Positions 35,002 to 45,126 of a stretch of 64,000 nt of DNA are shown here, piece by piece. Source of the stretch: an uncultured Bacteroidales bacterium (GTDB lineage: Bacteria > Bacteroidota > Bacteroidia > Bacteroidales > UBA3824); NCBI GenBank assembly GCA_946624925.1, contig CAMOSO010000069.1:14170-78169 (forward strand), in the 5' to 3' direction. Positions within the stretch are counted from its first letter, which is position 1. Every line of letters starts with the position of its first letter. The notes beneath the pieces are model-generated. The model was not told where the DNA came from. It saw only the letters and a list, made by a program, of their open reading frames with translations, and ran no database searches. The position numbers were made by a program, and so were the translations under genes.

Positions 35002-36318
35002 ATGCACAAAAAGAAACTCGCAATCATTACCCTCGGTTGCAGCAAAAATCTTGTGGACAGCGAGGACATCGCCACGCGCATCCACAGCAGATACGACGTT
35101 GTTTTTGACGATGACAACGCCAACGCCGACATCGTGCTTATCAACACGTGTGGATTCATCCTCGACGCCAAGCAGGAGAGCATCGATACTATAATGGAAT
35201 ACATCAACCTCAAAAACGAGGGCAAGATTCAGCGGCTCTTTGTATTTGGTTGTTTATCACAACGTTACAAGAAAGAACTCGCCGCCGATATTCCCGAAGT
35301 GGACGAATTTTTTGGTGTTGATAGTATTAATGAAATCCTCGATCGTCTCGATTGCGACGACCTCAGCAAGTCGGTTGTCAAGGAGCCGAGGATGATTTCT
35401 ACGCCGCCGCACACCGCATATATCAAGGTGTCGGAGGGCTGCGACAGATATTGCGCTTTTTGTGCAATTCCCTATATCAGAGGGCATTACGTATCGCGAC
35501 CGATGGACGAGATTATTGACGAAGTATCGAGACTCGCCCAGAATGGCACTCGCGAGTTCAATCTTATTGCGCAGGATTTGAGCTATTACGGCAAAGATTT
35601 GTATGGCGAATACCGATTGCCAGAGCTTGTGGAGGCTTTGGCGGATATTGAGGGTGTTAAGTGGATTCGCTTGCATTATACGTATCCTAACAACTTCCCG
35701 CTCAGGACGTTGGACATCATGCGCAACAATCCCAAGGTCTGCAAGTATCTCGATATTCCGCTCCAGCACATCAACGACAATGTTTTGACTAAGATGAAGC
35801 GCGGACACTCGCGCGCCGAAACGCTTGAACTTTTGAAAAAATTCCGCGAGCAAGTCCCCGATATTGCGCTGAGAACCACTTTGTTGGTTGGTTTTCCTGG
35901 CGAAACCGACAAGGCGTTTGAGGAGTTGGTGGAGTTCGTTAAGGAAACCAAATTTGACCGTCTCGGCGTATTCCCGTATTCTGTGGAAGAAGGCACGTAC
36001 AGCGCGGAGCATTACGCCGACCGCATTTCCAAGAAGAAAAAGCAGGAACGCGCTGACCGCATCATGTCCATCCAGCAAAAAATTTCGCTGCAACTCAACG
36101 CCGCCAAAATCGGTCGCGAGTTTGAAATCGTGGTCGATAGGGTGGAGGGCGATTATTTCATTGGGCGCACCCAATACGATTCGCCCGAAGTGGATTGCGA
36201 AGTGCTTGTAAAGACTGCCGACGCGCCAAACTTCCAAATCGGTGGTTTCTACAATGTGGTAATCACTGATGCCGAGGAGTTTGACCTCTATGCGCGACCT
36301 GTTATATCCAAAAATTAA
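35002..36318 (+). CDS. rimO: Ribosomal protein S12 methylthiotransferase RimO
   Basis: 438 aa. LAIITLGCSKNLVDSE, radical-SAM CDRYCAFCAIP, and a C-terminal TRAM domain. Confidence 0.9.
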   Translation: MHKKKLAIITLGCSKNLVDSEDIATRIHSRYDVVFDDDNANADIVLINTCGFILDAKQESIDTIMEYINLKNEGKIQRLFVFGCLSQRYKKELAADIPEVDEFFGVDSINEILDRLDCDDLSKSVVKEPRMISTPPHTAYIKVSEGCDRYCAFCAIPYIRGHYVSRPMDEIIDEVSRLAQNGTREFNLIAQDLSYYGKDLYGEYRLPELVEALADIEGVKWIRLHYTYPNNFPLRTLDIMRNNPKVCKYLDIPLQHINDNVLTKMKRGHSRAETLELLKKFREQVPDIALRTTLLVGFPGETDKAFEELVEFVKETKFDRLGVFPYSVEEGTYSAEHYADRISKKKKQERADRIMSIQQKISLQLNAAKIGREFEIVVDRVEGDYFIGRTQYDSPEVDCEVLVKTADAPNFQIGGFYNVVITDAEEFDLYARPVISKN

Positions 36319-36375
36319 AAGAATGAAGAAGAATTAAAAGAATCAAAAAATTCTTTCCATTTGTGTGAAATTCTT

Positions 36376-37062
36376 TTAATTTTTGGATAAAGAAGATTCC
36401 TCAAAGAATTTCCACAATTTGTCGTCCGGCACTGGCGCGGTAATGTCTATTTCCACCTTGCTGACCGGATGCACGAATTGTACGCGGCGGGCGTGAAGCG
36501 AGAGTCCGCCGTCGGGGTTGCTGCGAGGATAGCCGTATTTGAGGTCGCCTTTTACTGGGCAGCCGATGTTGGCGAGTTGGCAGCGGATTTGATGGTGGCG
36601 ACCCGTCAAGAGTTCGATTTCCCAAAGGTAATAGCGGTCTGACGCGCTGAGTATCTTGTAGTTGAGTATGGCTTTCTTAGCCTCCTTGGATTCTTGTTTG
36701 GCGATGAACGATTTGTTGAGCTTTTCGTTTTTCTGAATGAAATTTTCCAATGTGCCTTCCTCTTGTGGCGGCTTGTTGGCGGTGATTGCCCAATAGGTTT
36801 TGTGTATGTTGCCGTCGCGGAACATTGCGTTGAGCCTCGTCAACGCCTTGCTCGTCCGTGCAAAAACTACAATGCCCGATGTTGGGCGGTCGAGACGGTG
36901 CGGCAACCCGATGAACACGTCGCCGGGCTTGCAATATTTTTCCTTGATGTAAGTTTTCACGCTGTCCATCAGCGTCTTATCGCCGGTCTTGTCTGCCTGC
37001 ACGATTTCATTTACCGTTTTGGAAACGATGATTATATGATTGTCTTCGTAAAGTACCTGCAT
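36376..37062 (-). CDS. RluA-family pseudouridine synthase
   Basis: 228 aa. Catalytic motif HRLDRPTSGIVVFARTSKA, HQIRCQLA. Confidence 0.85.
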   Translation of the reverse strand: MQVLYEDNHIIIVSKTVNEIVQADKTGDKTLMDSVKTYIKEKYCKPGDVFIGLPHRLDRPTSGIVVFARTSKALTRLNAMFRDGNIHKTYWAITANKPPQEEGTLENFIQKNEKLNKSFIAKQESKEAKKAILNYKILSASDRYYLWEIELLTGRHHQIRCQLANIGCPVKGDLKYGYPRSNPDGGLSLHARRVQFVHPVSKVEIDITAPVPDDKLWKFFEESSLSKN

Positions 37063-37076
37063 GATTTTCTGTGTTC

Positions 37077-37517
37077 TTATTTCGTGACCTCAGTGTCATT
37101 TAATTTATTTAGCGTAAGTTCGCAGCGTTTGCCGTCATAAAAAGCGTCCAATACTTCGGCAAACACCGAATTGGGTTCTATGGCGTCAAACAATGTCATT
37201 GAGGAGCGCACTTTTTTGGCGTCGATGCCGCCAAGGATTTGCTGCGCCCGCTTGCCTTTGTGCATCAGCAATGCTCTCGAAATCTCCTTCAAACGGCTGT
37301 TAAGTGTCTCATTTTTAAGGTATTCCTCAGCCTCTGAGCGTCCGCGTATGCCGTAATATTGGCTCATCTCGCTCAGTCCAAGTCCCTCTATTTGCGGAAA
37401 CACATACCAAATCCAGTGTCCCCATTTGCAGCCGTCGTTGATTTCCTTCAATGCCTCCTGATAGGCGGAGTGCGCGTCTTGCGCCTTTATAAACCTTTCT
37501 ATGCCAGTTGTTTTCAT
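37077..37517 (-). CDS. DUF1810-family protein
   Basis: 146 aa. ERFIKAQDAHSAYQEALKEINDGCKWGHWIWYVFPQIEGLGLSEMSQYYGI is the characteristic DUF1810 signature. Confidence 0.75.
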   Translation of the reverse strand: MKTTGIERFIKAQDAHSAYQEALKEINDGCKWGHWIWYVFPQIEGLGLSEMSQYYGIRGRSEAEEYLKNETLNSRLKEISRALLMHKGKRAQQILGGIDAKKVRSSMTLFDAIEPNSVFAEVLDAFYDGKRCELTLNKLNDTEVTK

Positions 37518-37621
37518 GGTTTCAAATTTTTTTGTGATTACAAAGATAGATATTTTTTGTGGAATTGCAATTTTGGTGCGTGATTTTTATTAATTTTGCA
37601 AAAATATAATACGATTACCTT

Positions 37622-38905
37622 ATGCCAAATATGCCATTGGCCGAGCGAATGAGGCCTAAAAATCTCGACGAATACATCGGGCAGCAGCACCTCGTGGGCG
37701 AGGGGGCTGTCCTTCGCAATATGATTAATACCGGACGCATCCAGAGCATCATACTTTGGGGCCCGCCCGGTGTGGGCAAGACTACTCTCGCCCGCATCAT
37801 CGCCAAATCTGGCAACCGCGCCATGTACACCCTCAGTGCCGTTACGAGCGGCGTGAAGGACGTGCGCGAGGTGTTGGAGAAGGCGCAACACGCCGCTTTT
37901 TTCAGCACTCAGACGCCTATTCTTTTCATCGACGAAATCCACCGTTTCAATAAGAGTCAGCAGGATTCGTTGCTTGGTGCGGTGGAGCAGGGGATTGTGG
38001 TCTTGATAGGTGCCACGACCGAAAATCCGTCGTTTGAGGTGATTTCGCCGCTATTGTCGAGGTGCGAGGTATATGTATTGCAACCGCTTGAAAAACAAGA
38101 CCTTGAAAATCTATTGAACCGTGCGTTGACATTGGATTCTGTATTGAAGGACATGGACATCAAGGTAGAGGAAACGGGTGCGTTGTTTAGGCAGAGTGGG
38201 GGAGACGCCCGCAAATTGCTGAATATCTTGGAGATAGTAATCAATGCGCAGACTTCGGAGCATGTCGTAATCAATGACGAGAATGTTGCCAAATGCCTAC
38301 AAAAGTCCACCGCTATGTACGACAAGAAGGGCGATATGCACTACGACATCATTTCGGCGTTCATTAAGTCGATACGTGGCGGCGACCCCAATGCGGCTGT
38401 ATATTGGCTTGCGAGGATGTTGACTGGCGGCGAGGATTTGAAGTTTATCGCGCGGCGGCTTGTGATTTTGGCGAGCGAAGACATCGGTCTTGCCAATCCT
38501 AATGCAATGCTGATAGCCAACGCCTGTTTTCAGGCTGTAAGTACCATCGGCTATCCCGAATCGAGGATAATTCTCAGTGAAACAGTGATTTATCTCGCCA
38601 ATTCGGCAAAGAGCAATTCTGCCTACAATGCCATCAATGCCGCAATGGAACTTGTAAGCAAGACTGGCGACCTGCCTGTGCCGATGAATATCCGCAATGC
38701 CCCGACCAAGTTGATGCAGCAGCTTGGATATGGCGCGGATTACAAATATTCGCATGATTATCCGGGACATTTTGTGCAGCAGGAGTTTATGCCCGACGAA
38801 CTCAGTGGCACGTCGTTCTACATCCCCGGCAACAATACCGCCGAACTCCGCGCCAAGGAGACCATGCAGCAGCATTGGGGGCAGAAATACAAGTTGGACA
38901 GTTGA
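37622..38905 (+). CDS. rarA: Replication-associated recombination protein A (AAA+ ATPase RarA/MgsA)
   Basis: 427 aa. PLAERMRPKNLDEYIGQQHL, Walker A GPPGVGKTTLARIIA, FIDEIHRFNK, MgsA C-terminal domain. Confidence 0.95.
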   Translation: MPNMPLAERMRPKNLDEYIGQQHLVGEGAVLRNMINTGRIQSIILWGPPGVGKTTLARIIAKSGNRAMYTLSAVTSGVKDVREVLEKAQHAAFFSTQTPILFIDEIHRFNKSQQDSLLGAVEQGIVVLIGATTENPSFEVISPLLSRCEVYVLQPLEKQDLENLLNRALTLDSVLKDMDIKVEETGALFRQSGGDARKLLNILEIVINAQTSEHVVINDENVAKCLQKSTAMYDKKGDMHYDIISAFIKSIRGGDPNAAVYWLARMLTGGEDLKFIARRLVILASEDIGLANPNAMLIANACFQAVSTIGYPESRIILSETVIYLANSAKSNSAYNAINAAMELVSKTGDLPVPMNIRNAPTKLMQQLGYGADYKYSHDYPGHFVQQEFMPDELSGTSFYIPGNNTAELRAKETMQQHWGQKYKLDS

Positions 38906-39039
38906 TGCGCAGATGTTTCAATCGTTGTAAAAAATATAAAGTCTATACGACAAAATTCACGTTTTGCGGAATATTTGGTTCTTGTATTGATATTCGGCTT
39001 AATATTTGTTGGCAAATATAAAAACTTATATCAACAGCC

Positions 39040-40860
39040 ATGAAATTCAAAGATTTGAAAATACGCAAACAGTTGGGTATAGCATTTACGGTGGCGGTGG
39101 TGCCGCTTATGTTTATGTCGATTGTACCCATTGTGAAGGTGGGCACGCTCAACGATACCGCCCAAAATATCGTTAGCAAATATTCTCCAATGCTCCATTC
39201 CGCCAATAGTATGCTCGACAATCTGGGGCATACGATTTTTGAATTTAGAACTTTTCTTGATTCCAATAATGACAATAATGTTTATCAGCAGGGCATGGAG
39301 GCGTTCCGCGCAACTGCCAGTGATTTTGCGCAGCTTTCGCAGTACATGGATGGCGACGACGAGACTGCCGAATTGAGAGAAGCGTATGATTCGGTGCAGA
39401 CTGTCTTTTCGCAGCTCCAAAATTTTTGTAACGTCATCAATAAAATTACGGTGGAGAACAAGGACGCCAATGCGGAATTATTAGCCATTCAGCAGGACTA
39501 TGAGGGACGGGTTGTCAATTTTTATAATCGCATAAAGTCGATGCCGCAATATGCCGTGCCAAGCGAACAATTGCGCCGCAATATGCTCATCAACAAGCTG
39601 TTGTCGCTTACAATCATTACCAACGACGACCAACTTCTCAGCGATTATCTCGATGAAAACGCCGACATCGAATCTAAACTTTCCAAAACCGATTTTGCTC
39701 CCGACCTCCAGCGTGAGTATAACCAAATAACGAAAATCAAGCAGGATTATCTTGCAAAAAGCGACGTCGTGTTCAAAGCCTCGATAGACAAGCGCGAAGC
39801 ATTGTTTAAGATTCCTGGTTTGGGCATCGAGTTGAAAAAACGCACCAAAATCCTTTGCGATGTCATCGACCAATTGTCCTCACAGCGTGCCGCCGACATC
39901 GAATATTCCACAATGGAGATGCATGTGGTTGGAATATCACTTCTTTTGGTCATCTTTGTTGTGGTTGTGATATTCTTGACGCGTTTTGGCAACAATTTTA
40001 GCAACGGACTTAGCGACAACACTGCAAAGACCATCAAACTTGCTTCGGGCGATTTGACCGCAGATTTCCATCATTCAGGCGGAGAATCGGAAATAGCCGT
40101 CCTCAATAATTCGATGGCAGACATGAAAAACACGCTTGCCGACATCGTGCGCTCCATTTCGGAAAGTTCCGATGCCATAGCCGCAGCCGCCGGCGAGATG
40201 AACGATGCAAGCATGCGTATGAGTGCAAGTGCCAACGAACAGGCAGCGTCGGCAGAGGAAATAAGTTCGGCAATAGGCGAGATGGCATCGTCTATAGAAC
40301 AAAACAGCCAGAATGCTGCCCGATCCGAGAGCATTGCTGGTTCAACAGCCCAGTATATCGGGGAATGTAGTCAGGCGGCAGAAAAGACTGTGAATACTAT
40401 GACGGAAATTGCCGAAAAAATATCCGTCATCAACGACATCGCTTTCCAGACCAATATTCTTGCCCTCAATGCAGCCGTGGAGGCGGCACGAGCTGGCGAG
40501 CATGGAAAGGGATTTGCAGTTGTGGCGGCGGAAGTGCGCAAACTCGCCGAAAAATGCGCCGTTGCCGCAAGGGACATCGACGCAGTGTCGGCAGATGGCG
40601 TCAATATCGCAAAACTCACCGGCGAGGTATTCTCCAAGATGCTGCCCGAAATTAAGCGCACAACTGTTTTGGTTCAGGAGATTGCCACGGCAAGTCGCGA
40701 GCAGGCTTCGGGCGGTGCGCAAATCAATACCGCCGTTCAGCGTTTCAATGACGGCATCCAGCAGTTTGCGACCATTTCGGAGGAGGTGGCGTCCAACAGC
40801 CAAAACCTCTTGCAACAGGCTGACCGTCTGCAGGATGTCATCAAGTTTTTCAAAGTTTAG
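39040..40860 (+). CDS. Methyl-accepting chemotaxis protein: two TM, helical-bundle periplasmic sensor, HAMP, and a short MA signalling domain
   Basis: 606 aa. Highly conserved hairpin tip [44 protein letters not shown]1 at aa ~12-32 and TM2 [19 protein letters not shown]. Confidence 0.85.
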   Translation: MKFKDLKIRKQLGIAFTVAVVPLMFMSIVPIVKVGTLNDTAQNIVSKYSPMLHSANSMLDNLGHTIFEFRTFLDSNNDNNVYQQGMEAFRATASDFAQLSQYMDGDDETAELREAYDSVQTVFSQLQNFCNVINKITVENKDANAELLAIQQDYEGRVVNFYNRIKSMPQYAVPSEQLRRNMLINKLLSLTIITNDDQLLSDYLDENADIESKLSKTDFAPDLQREYNQITKIKQDYLAKSDVVFKASIDKREALFKIPGLGIELKKRTKILCDVIDQLSSQRAADIEYSTMEMHVVGISLLLVIFVVVVIFLTRFGNNFSNGLSDNTAKTIKLASGDLTADFHHSGGESEIAVLNNSMADMKNTLADIVRSISESSDAIAAAAGEMNDASMRMSASANEQAASAEEISSAIGEMASSIEQNSQNAARSESIAGSTAQYIGECSQAAEKTVNTMTEIAEKISVINDIAFQTNILALNAAVEAARAGEHGKGFAVVAAEVRKLAEKCAVAARDIDAVSADGVNIAKLTGEVFSKMLPEIKRTTVLVQEIATASREQASGGAQINTAVQRFNDGIQQFATISEEVASNSQNLLQQADRLQDVIKFFKV

Positions 40861-40879
40861 GGGGCGGAAAAACGTCCTT

Positions 40880-41134
40880 TTATTTCTTATTGAAAATGTC
40901 GTAGAAGCCGTTGTTTACGCGCCTTACGATTTCGTCAACGGTAATAGATGCGTTAGGCAGCACCTGCACGGGTATCGGCTTGGTGCATCTTTGTGCGGCA
41001 AGATACCTCTTGCACTGTTTGTATCGTTCGGTGGTGCAATATACCGTTTTGTAAGTTTCGCCTGTTCTCTCGTTGAGCAGAGTGCCTTCGTTGAATATAG
41101 GGCATTTTGCCATCTTTATGCAAGCATCTTCCAT
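40880..41134 (-). CDS. Small Cys-rich hypothetical protein
   Basis: 84 aa with Cys at positions 5, 11, 33, 41 and 50 (ACIKMAKCPIF...VYCTTERYKQCKRYLAAQRC). No family recognised. Convergent with the MCP gene, 19 nt between the stops. Confidence 0.45.
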   Translation of the reverse strand: MEDACIKMAKCPIFNEGTLLNERTGETYKTVYCTTERYKQCKRYLAAQRCTKPIPVQVLPNASITVDEIVRRVNNGFYDIFNKK

Positions 41135-41233
41135 AATGTAGGTTCTATTAAATTGTTGTCTGATTTTTTAATTACGTATTGCAAAATTAATGCTGAAATT
41201 TCAAATATGCAAATTTTTGATGTTTAAAAAAAA

Positions 41234-41268
41234 CTAAAAAAGGCAGGTCGGAAAACCTGCCTTTTTAG
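41234..41268. terminator. Intrinsic terminator downstream of oadB
   Basis: AAAAAGGCAGGT-cggaaa-ACCTGCCTTTTT with A/T runs on both sides. Confidence 0.7.
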
Positions 41269-41289
41269 TTTATGGTTTGAAGTCGGATT

Positions 41290-42537
41290 TTATCCTAAGA
41301 ACGCAATCAAGATGCCTGCTGCCACTGCGCTGCCGATAACGCCGGAGACGTTGGATGACATGCAGTAGTTTAAGACGTGGTTGCGGGGGTCGTACTTCAG
41401 GGCGATTTCGTTGGCAACGCGGGATGCCATAGGCACTGCGCTGAGGCCGGTTGCGCCAACGAGCGGGTTGATTTTCTTCTTGCTGAACAAGTTGAAAATC
41501 TTTACGAGCATGATGCCGCCGAAGATGGAGAAGCCGAATGCCAAGAAGCCGCCGGCCACGATGCCGATTGTCTGCCAGTTGAGGAACGCTTCTACAGTCA
41601 TCGTCGCGCCTACGCAGAGGCCGAGGAATATTGTAGCCGAGTTCATGATGGCGTTGCTTGCGGCGTCGAAAATACGGCTGGTGGACGAACCAACTTCCTT
41701 AATCAAATTGCCGAACATCAACATGCCTACCAACGGCACTGCCGAAGGAACGATGATGGCAACTACTGTTGTTACCGCAATCGGGAAGATAATCTTCAAT
41801 GCGCGCTCGTTCTTGATGACGGTGTTGGAGGGGTAGAGCTTGTCCTGTTGCTTCATGTTGATGGAGAGTTCCTTCTTGGAGCAAGTGAGTTTCACTACCA
41901 ACGGCACGATTACCGGCACGAGAGCCATGTAAGAGTAAGCCGCGATTGCAATCGGGCCCAAAAGATGAGGAGCCAATTTGATGGTGGTGAAGATGGCCGT
42001 GGGACCGTCTGCACCGCCAATGATTGCGAGAGATGCAGCCTCCTTCATGGTAAACCAGTTGCAGGCCACGAGCAATACGGCGAAGATGCCGAATTGTGCG
42101 CCCGCGCCGAAGATGGCGAGCTTGAGGTTGCGGAGCATCGGGCCGAAGTCGGTCAATGCGCCCACGCCCATGAAGATGATAGGCGGCAGGAGACCTGTCT
42201 TGATGAGGGCGTAGTAGAGGAAGTTCATCACGCCGAGGTCGTGCGCAATCTCGGGCAGCGACATCTCGTAGATGTTCCTCACTACCTCCTTGCCGTCTTT
42301 GATGAAGTGAACCATGCCTTCGCCGTCGGTTGCCAAAACGCCCATGCCGCCGCCGGGGAAGTTGGCGATGAGAACGCCGAATGCGATGGGTATCAGCAGC
42401 AAGGGTTCGTACTGTTTCTTGATGCCAAGGTACAGCAGCACGAATGCAAGCAGATACATTATCAGGAAAGACGGCTGATCGATGATTGACTGGAACGCCG
42501 TCATCCCATATATTCTTTCTAATATATTGTCACCCAT
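41290..42537 (-). CDS. oadB: Sodium ion-translocating decarboxylase beta subunit
   Basis: 415 aa polytopic membrane protein. The N-terminus ...YLGIKKQYEPLLLIPIAFGVLIANFP and GADGPTAIF are typical of OadB/MmdB/GcdB. Confidence 0.9.
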   Translation of the reverse strand: MGDNILERIYGMTAFQSIIDQPSFLIMYLLAFVLLYLGIKKQYEPLLLIPIAFGVLIANFPGGGMGVLATDGEGMVHFIKDGKEVVRNIYEMSLPEIAHDLGVMNFLYYALIKTGLLPPIIFMGVGALTDFGPMLRNLKLAIFGAGAQFGIFAVLLVACNWFTMKEAASLAIIGGADGPTAIFTTIKLAPHLLGPIAIAAYSYMALVPVIVPLVVKLTCSKKELSINMKQQDKLYPSNTVIKNERALKIIFPIAVTTVVAIIVPSAVPLVGMLMFGNLIKEVGSSTSRIFDAASNAIMNSATIFLGLCVGATMTVEAFLNWQTIGIVAGGFLAFGFSIFGGIMLVKIFNLFSKKKINPLVGATGLSAVPMASRVANEIALKYDPRNHVLNYCMSSNVSGVIGSAVAAGILIAFLG

Positions 42538-42572
42538 TGTTAAGTGGATTTAATAAAGTGTCTAACAATCGA

Positions 42573-44693
42573 TTACTTAATTCTCATCAGAACGTCGTCT
42601 TCCGATACAGAGTCGCCGGACTTGAAGCAGATTTCAGCGATTACACCGTCGGATTCTGCGGCGATTGCGTTGAAGGTCTTCATGGCCTCGATGTAGCAAA
42701 CTGTCTGACCCTTCTTCACGGTGTCGCCGACGTTTACCTGCGGGTCGGAGGGGTTCTTCTTCAGATAGAACTTGCCTTCGAGGGGCGCGGTGAGGTCGTT
42801 GCCTTCGCCGGATGCTGCGGTAGCGGTCTCGCCTTCGGCTGCAATGCGCATGATTACGTCGTCTTCAGATACCGAATCGCCTGACTTGAAGTTGATTTCG
42901 GTGATTACGCCGTCACATTCGGCTGCGATTGCATTGAAGGTCTTCATGGCCTCGATGTAGCAAACGGTCTGGCCTTTCTTCACCTTGTCGCCAACGTTGA
43001 CCTGCGGGTCGGAAGGATTCTTCTTCAAGTAGAATTTGCCTTCGAGCGGAGCGGCGAGCGGTTTGCCAGTGCCGGCTGCGGCGGGTGCAGAGGCGGCAGG
43101 TGCTGATGATTTGCCGTCGTTTGCACCAATTGTAACGGCATATTTTTGACCGTTGACATCCACAGTAACGGTCTGCGGGAATTGCAATGCGGGTACGCCG
43201 CCCTTAGGTGCGTTCTTCTCGGCTTTGCGTTTTGCAAGGTCTTCTTCAAACGACCTCTTGGCGTCGCCAGATTTGTAGAGGCGGTACTGCTGCGGGTGCA
43301 TTGCGAGTTCAAAGAGTTCCTCGTCGTCCTGACCGAAATCCCAGCCGTTGTCCTTCATTTCCTTGCGGAATACGTCGAGCTGATCGGGATATTCGTCCTG
43401 CGGGTTGCCGGTGAAAAATTCACGACCCTGAGATTTGGCGAGTTCCACGAGTTCGGGAGCCACTGCGCCAGGCAGTTTGCCCGATTTGCCGAGGAGCATG
43501 CCCCAGATGTCGTCGGCGATGAGCGACCAACGCTCCTTGCCTTTCTCCATCTGCATTACGTTGGTGAGTGCCATGTTCTTGACGTACTGGCTGAAAGGCG
43601 TTACCAATGGAGGATAACCCATCTTTGGCCATACGTATGTAACCTCGTCGAAGAGTTTTATCATCAACTCGTCCTGAGTGAGCTTGGGCAAGTTGTGTTT
43701 TTCCTTGTATTTGTTGACGGATTCGAGGTTGCTCTCGAGGTCGGTCATGAGCGAACCCATCATGCCGCCGGGCAGACCGGGAGCGATGAGGAGGGAGTTC
43801 ATGAAACGGTTGCGCTGAGGGATGTAGTAGCCGAGGAAGTCGTCCATCATCTCCTGAATGAGAGTGCGCACTTCCATGTATGCGCTCATGTTGATTTCCT
43901 TCACTTCAAATCCGGCGTCCTTCAGCATCGGCTGTACGGCGAGGATGTCGGCGTGGCCTGTACCCCATGAGAGCGGCTCCATGCCAACGTCCACGTAGTC
44001 GCATCCCGCCTTGCAAACTTCGAGGATGGATGCCATAGAGAATCCAGGGCCTGCGTGAGAGTGGTATTCAACGACGATGTCCTTGTAATCCTTGATGCCC
44101 TTTACAATCTTGCCGAGTTTCACAGGACGGCCGATGCCTGCCATGTCCTTGATACAGATTTCGTCTGCGCCGGCGTCGATGAGCTGCTTGGCGAGGTTTA
44201 CGTAGTATTCAACTGTATGGATGGGGCTTTCGGTGATGCAGAGGCAGCACTGCGAAATCATGTGCGAGCCGTCGGGGCGTGTAGCCTCGTGAGCGTAACC
44301 GATTGAGGGAATGATGTTTCTCGGGTCGTTGAGACCGCAGAATGTACGTGCGATGTCGGTGCCCTGAGTGTATTTTACCTTGTAGAAAAGTTTGCGGACG
44401 TCAACGGGGCACGGGTTCATGCGGATGCCGTTGAGAGCGCGGTCGAGCATTTCGGTCTGAATGCCAGCCTCGTGGAAGGGCTTTGTCCATTCGCGGACGG
44501 ATTTGTTGGGATTTTCGCCGTAGAGGAGGTTTACCTGCTCAAAGCCGCCTCCGTTGGTCTCCACGCGGTCGAAGCACCCCATCTTGATGATTGCGGGGGC
44601 TACTTTCAATAGTTGGTCAACCCTCGGCTGGTATTTGCCGGAGGACTGCCACATATCTCTGAAAACGAGATTAAATTTTACTTTTCTTCCCAT
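42573..44693 (-). CDS. oadA: Oxaloacetate-decarboxylase-alpha-like carboxyltransferase with two C-terminal biotinyl (BCCP) domains
   Basis: 706 aa. TIM-barrel carboxyltransferase N-half, then a linker, then two ~70-aa biotinyl domains, each with CYIEAMKT. Confidence 0.8.
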   Translation of the reverse strand: MGRKVKFNLVFRDMWQSSGKYQPRVDQLLKVAPAIIKMGCFDRVETNGGGFEQVNLLYGENPNKSVREWTKPFHEAGIQTEMLDRALNGIRMNPCPVDVRKLFYKVKYTQGTDIARTFCGLNDPRNIIPSIGYAHEATRPDGSHMISQCCLCITESPIHTVEYYVNLAKQLIDAGADEICIKDMAGIGRPVKLGKIVKGIKDYKDIVVEYHSHAGPGFSMASILEVCKAGCDYVDVGMEPLSWGTGHADILAVQPMLKDAGFEVKEINMSAYMEVRTLIQEMMDDFLGYYIPQRNRFMNSLLIAPGLPGGMMGSLMTDLESNLESVNKYKEKHNLPKLTQDELMIKLFDEVTYVWPKMGYPPLVTPFSQYVKNMALTNVMQMEKGKERWSLIADDIWGMLLGKSGKLPGAVAPELVELAKSQGREFFTGNPQDEYPDQLDVFRKEMKDNGWDFGQDDEELFELAMHPQQYRLYKSGDAKRSFEEDLAKRKAEKNAPKGGVPALQFPQTVTVDVNGQKYAVTIGANDGKSSAPAASAPAAAGTGKPLAAPLEGKFYLKKNPSDPQVNVGDKVKKGQTVCYIEAMKTFNAIAAECDGVITEINFKSGDSVSEDDVIMRIAAEGETATAASGEGNDLTAPLEGKFYLKKNPSDPQVNVGDTVKKGQTVCYIEAMKTFNAIAAESDGVIAEICFKSGDSVSEDDVLMRIK
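42585..43059 (-). repeat. Intragenic tandem duplication (~210 nt units, 264-nt offset) encoding the two biotinyl domains
   Basis: The stretch from 42585 onward aligns with the stretch from 42849 onward along ~210 nt with few mismatches. The peptides APLEGKFYLKKNPSDPQVNVGD(K/T)VKKGQTVCYIEAMKTFNAIAAE... differ at 5 of ~70 residues. Confidence 0.9.
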
Positions 44694-44726
44694 TTTTTGA
44701 AGTTTGGAATCTGTTTTTTGATGTTG

Positions 44727-44990
44727 TTACAATTTAACGATTTTTTCCACGCGACCCTTGCCGCCGGTGAGCTGCTCTACAGCTTTGTTGATTGCCTGCT
44801 GCACTGCGCCGTCCACGAGTGCCGGAGTCGGCTTGCTTGCTATCTGCGCCGGCTTTTCCTCTTCGGGCGCAAATTTGTTGACCGCCTTGATGAGAAGGTT
44901 GCCAAATGCAATTACGAGCAGCAGCACTAAAAATACTGCTGCGAGCCCTATGCCCATGAGTTGTAGGGCGAAAGAAAGATTTCCTTCCAT
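44727..44990 (-). CDS. oadG: OadG-family decarboxylase gamma subunit
   Basis: 87 aa. N-terminal TM LQLMGIGLAAVFLVLLLVIAFGNLLIK. It is the first gene of the oadG-A-B operon. Confidence 0.75.
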   Translation of the reverse strand: MEGNLSFALQLMGIGLAAVFLVLLLVIAFGNLLIKAVNKFAPEEEKPAQIASKPTPALVDGAVQQAINKAVEQLTGGKGRVEKIVKL

Positions 44991-45027
44991 TTTGTTATGA
45001 TGTTTTTGTTGTTTTCAATAATGGCTG

Positions 45028-45035
45028 CAAAATTA
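45028..45035 (-). promoter_or_regulatory. Candidate -7 promoter box TAnnTTTG (TAATTTTG on the minus strand) for oadGAB
   Basis: Plus strand reads caaaatta. It is 38 nt upstream of the ATG at 44990. Confidence 0.35.
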
Positions 45036-45126
45036 TAAATTATTTTCTAATAATTATGCAAAAAATGATGTGAAAATATGTTATTTTTGTAACGGTGTCA
45101 TTTGTTGCCTTTTGTAGTCGTTGCCA

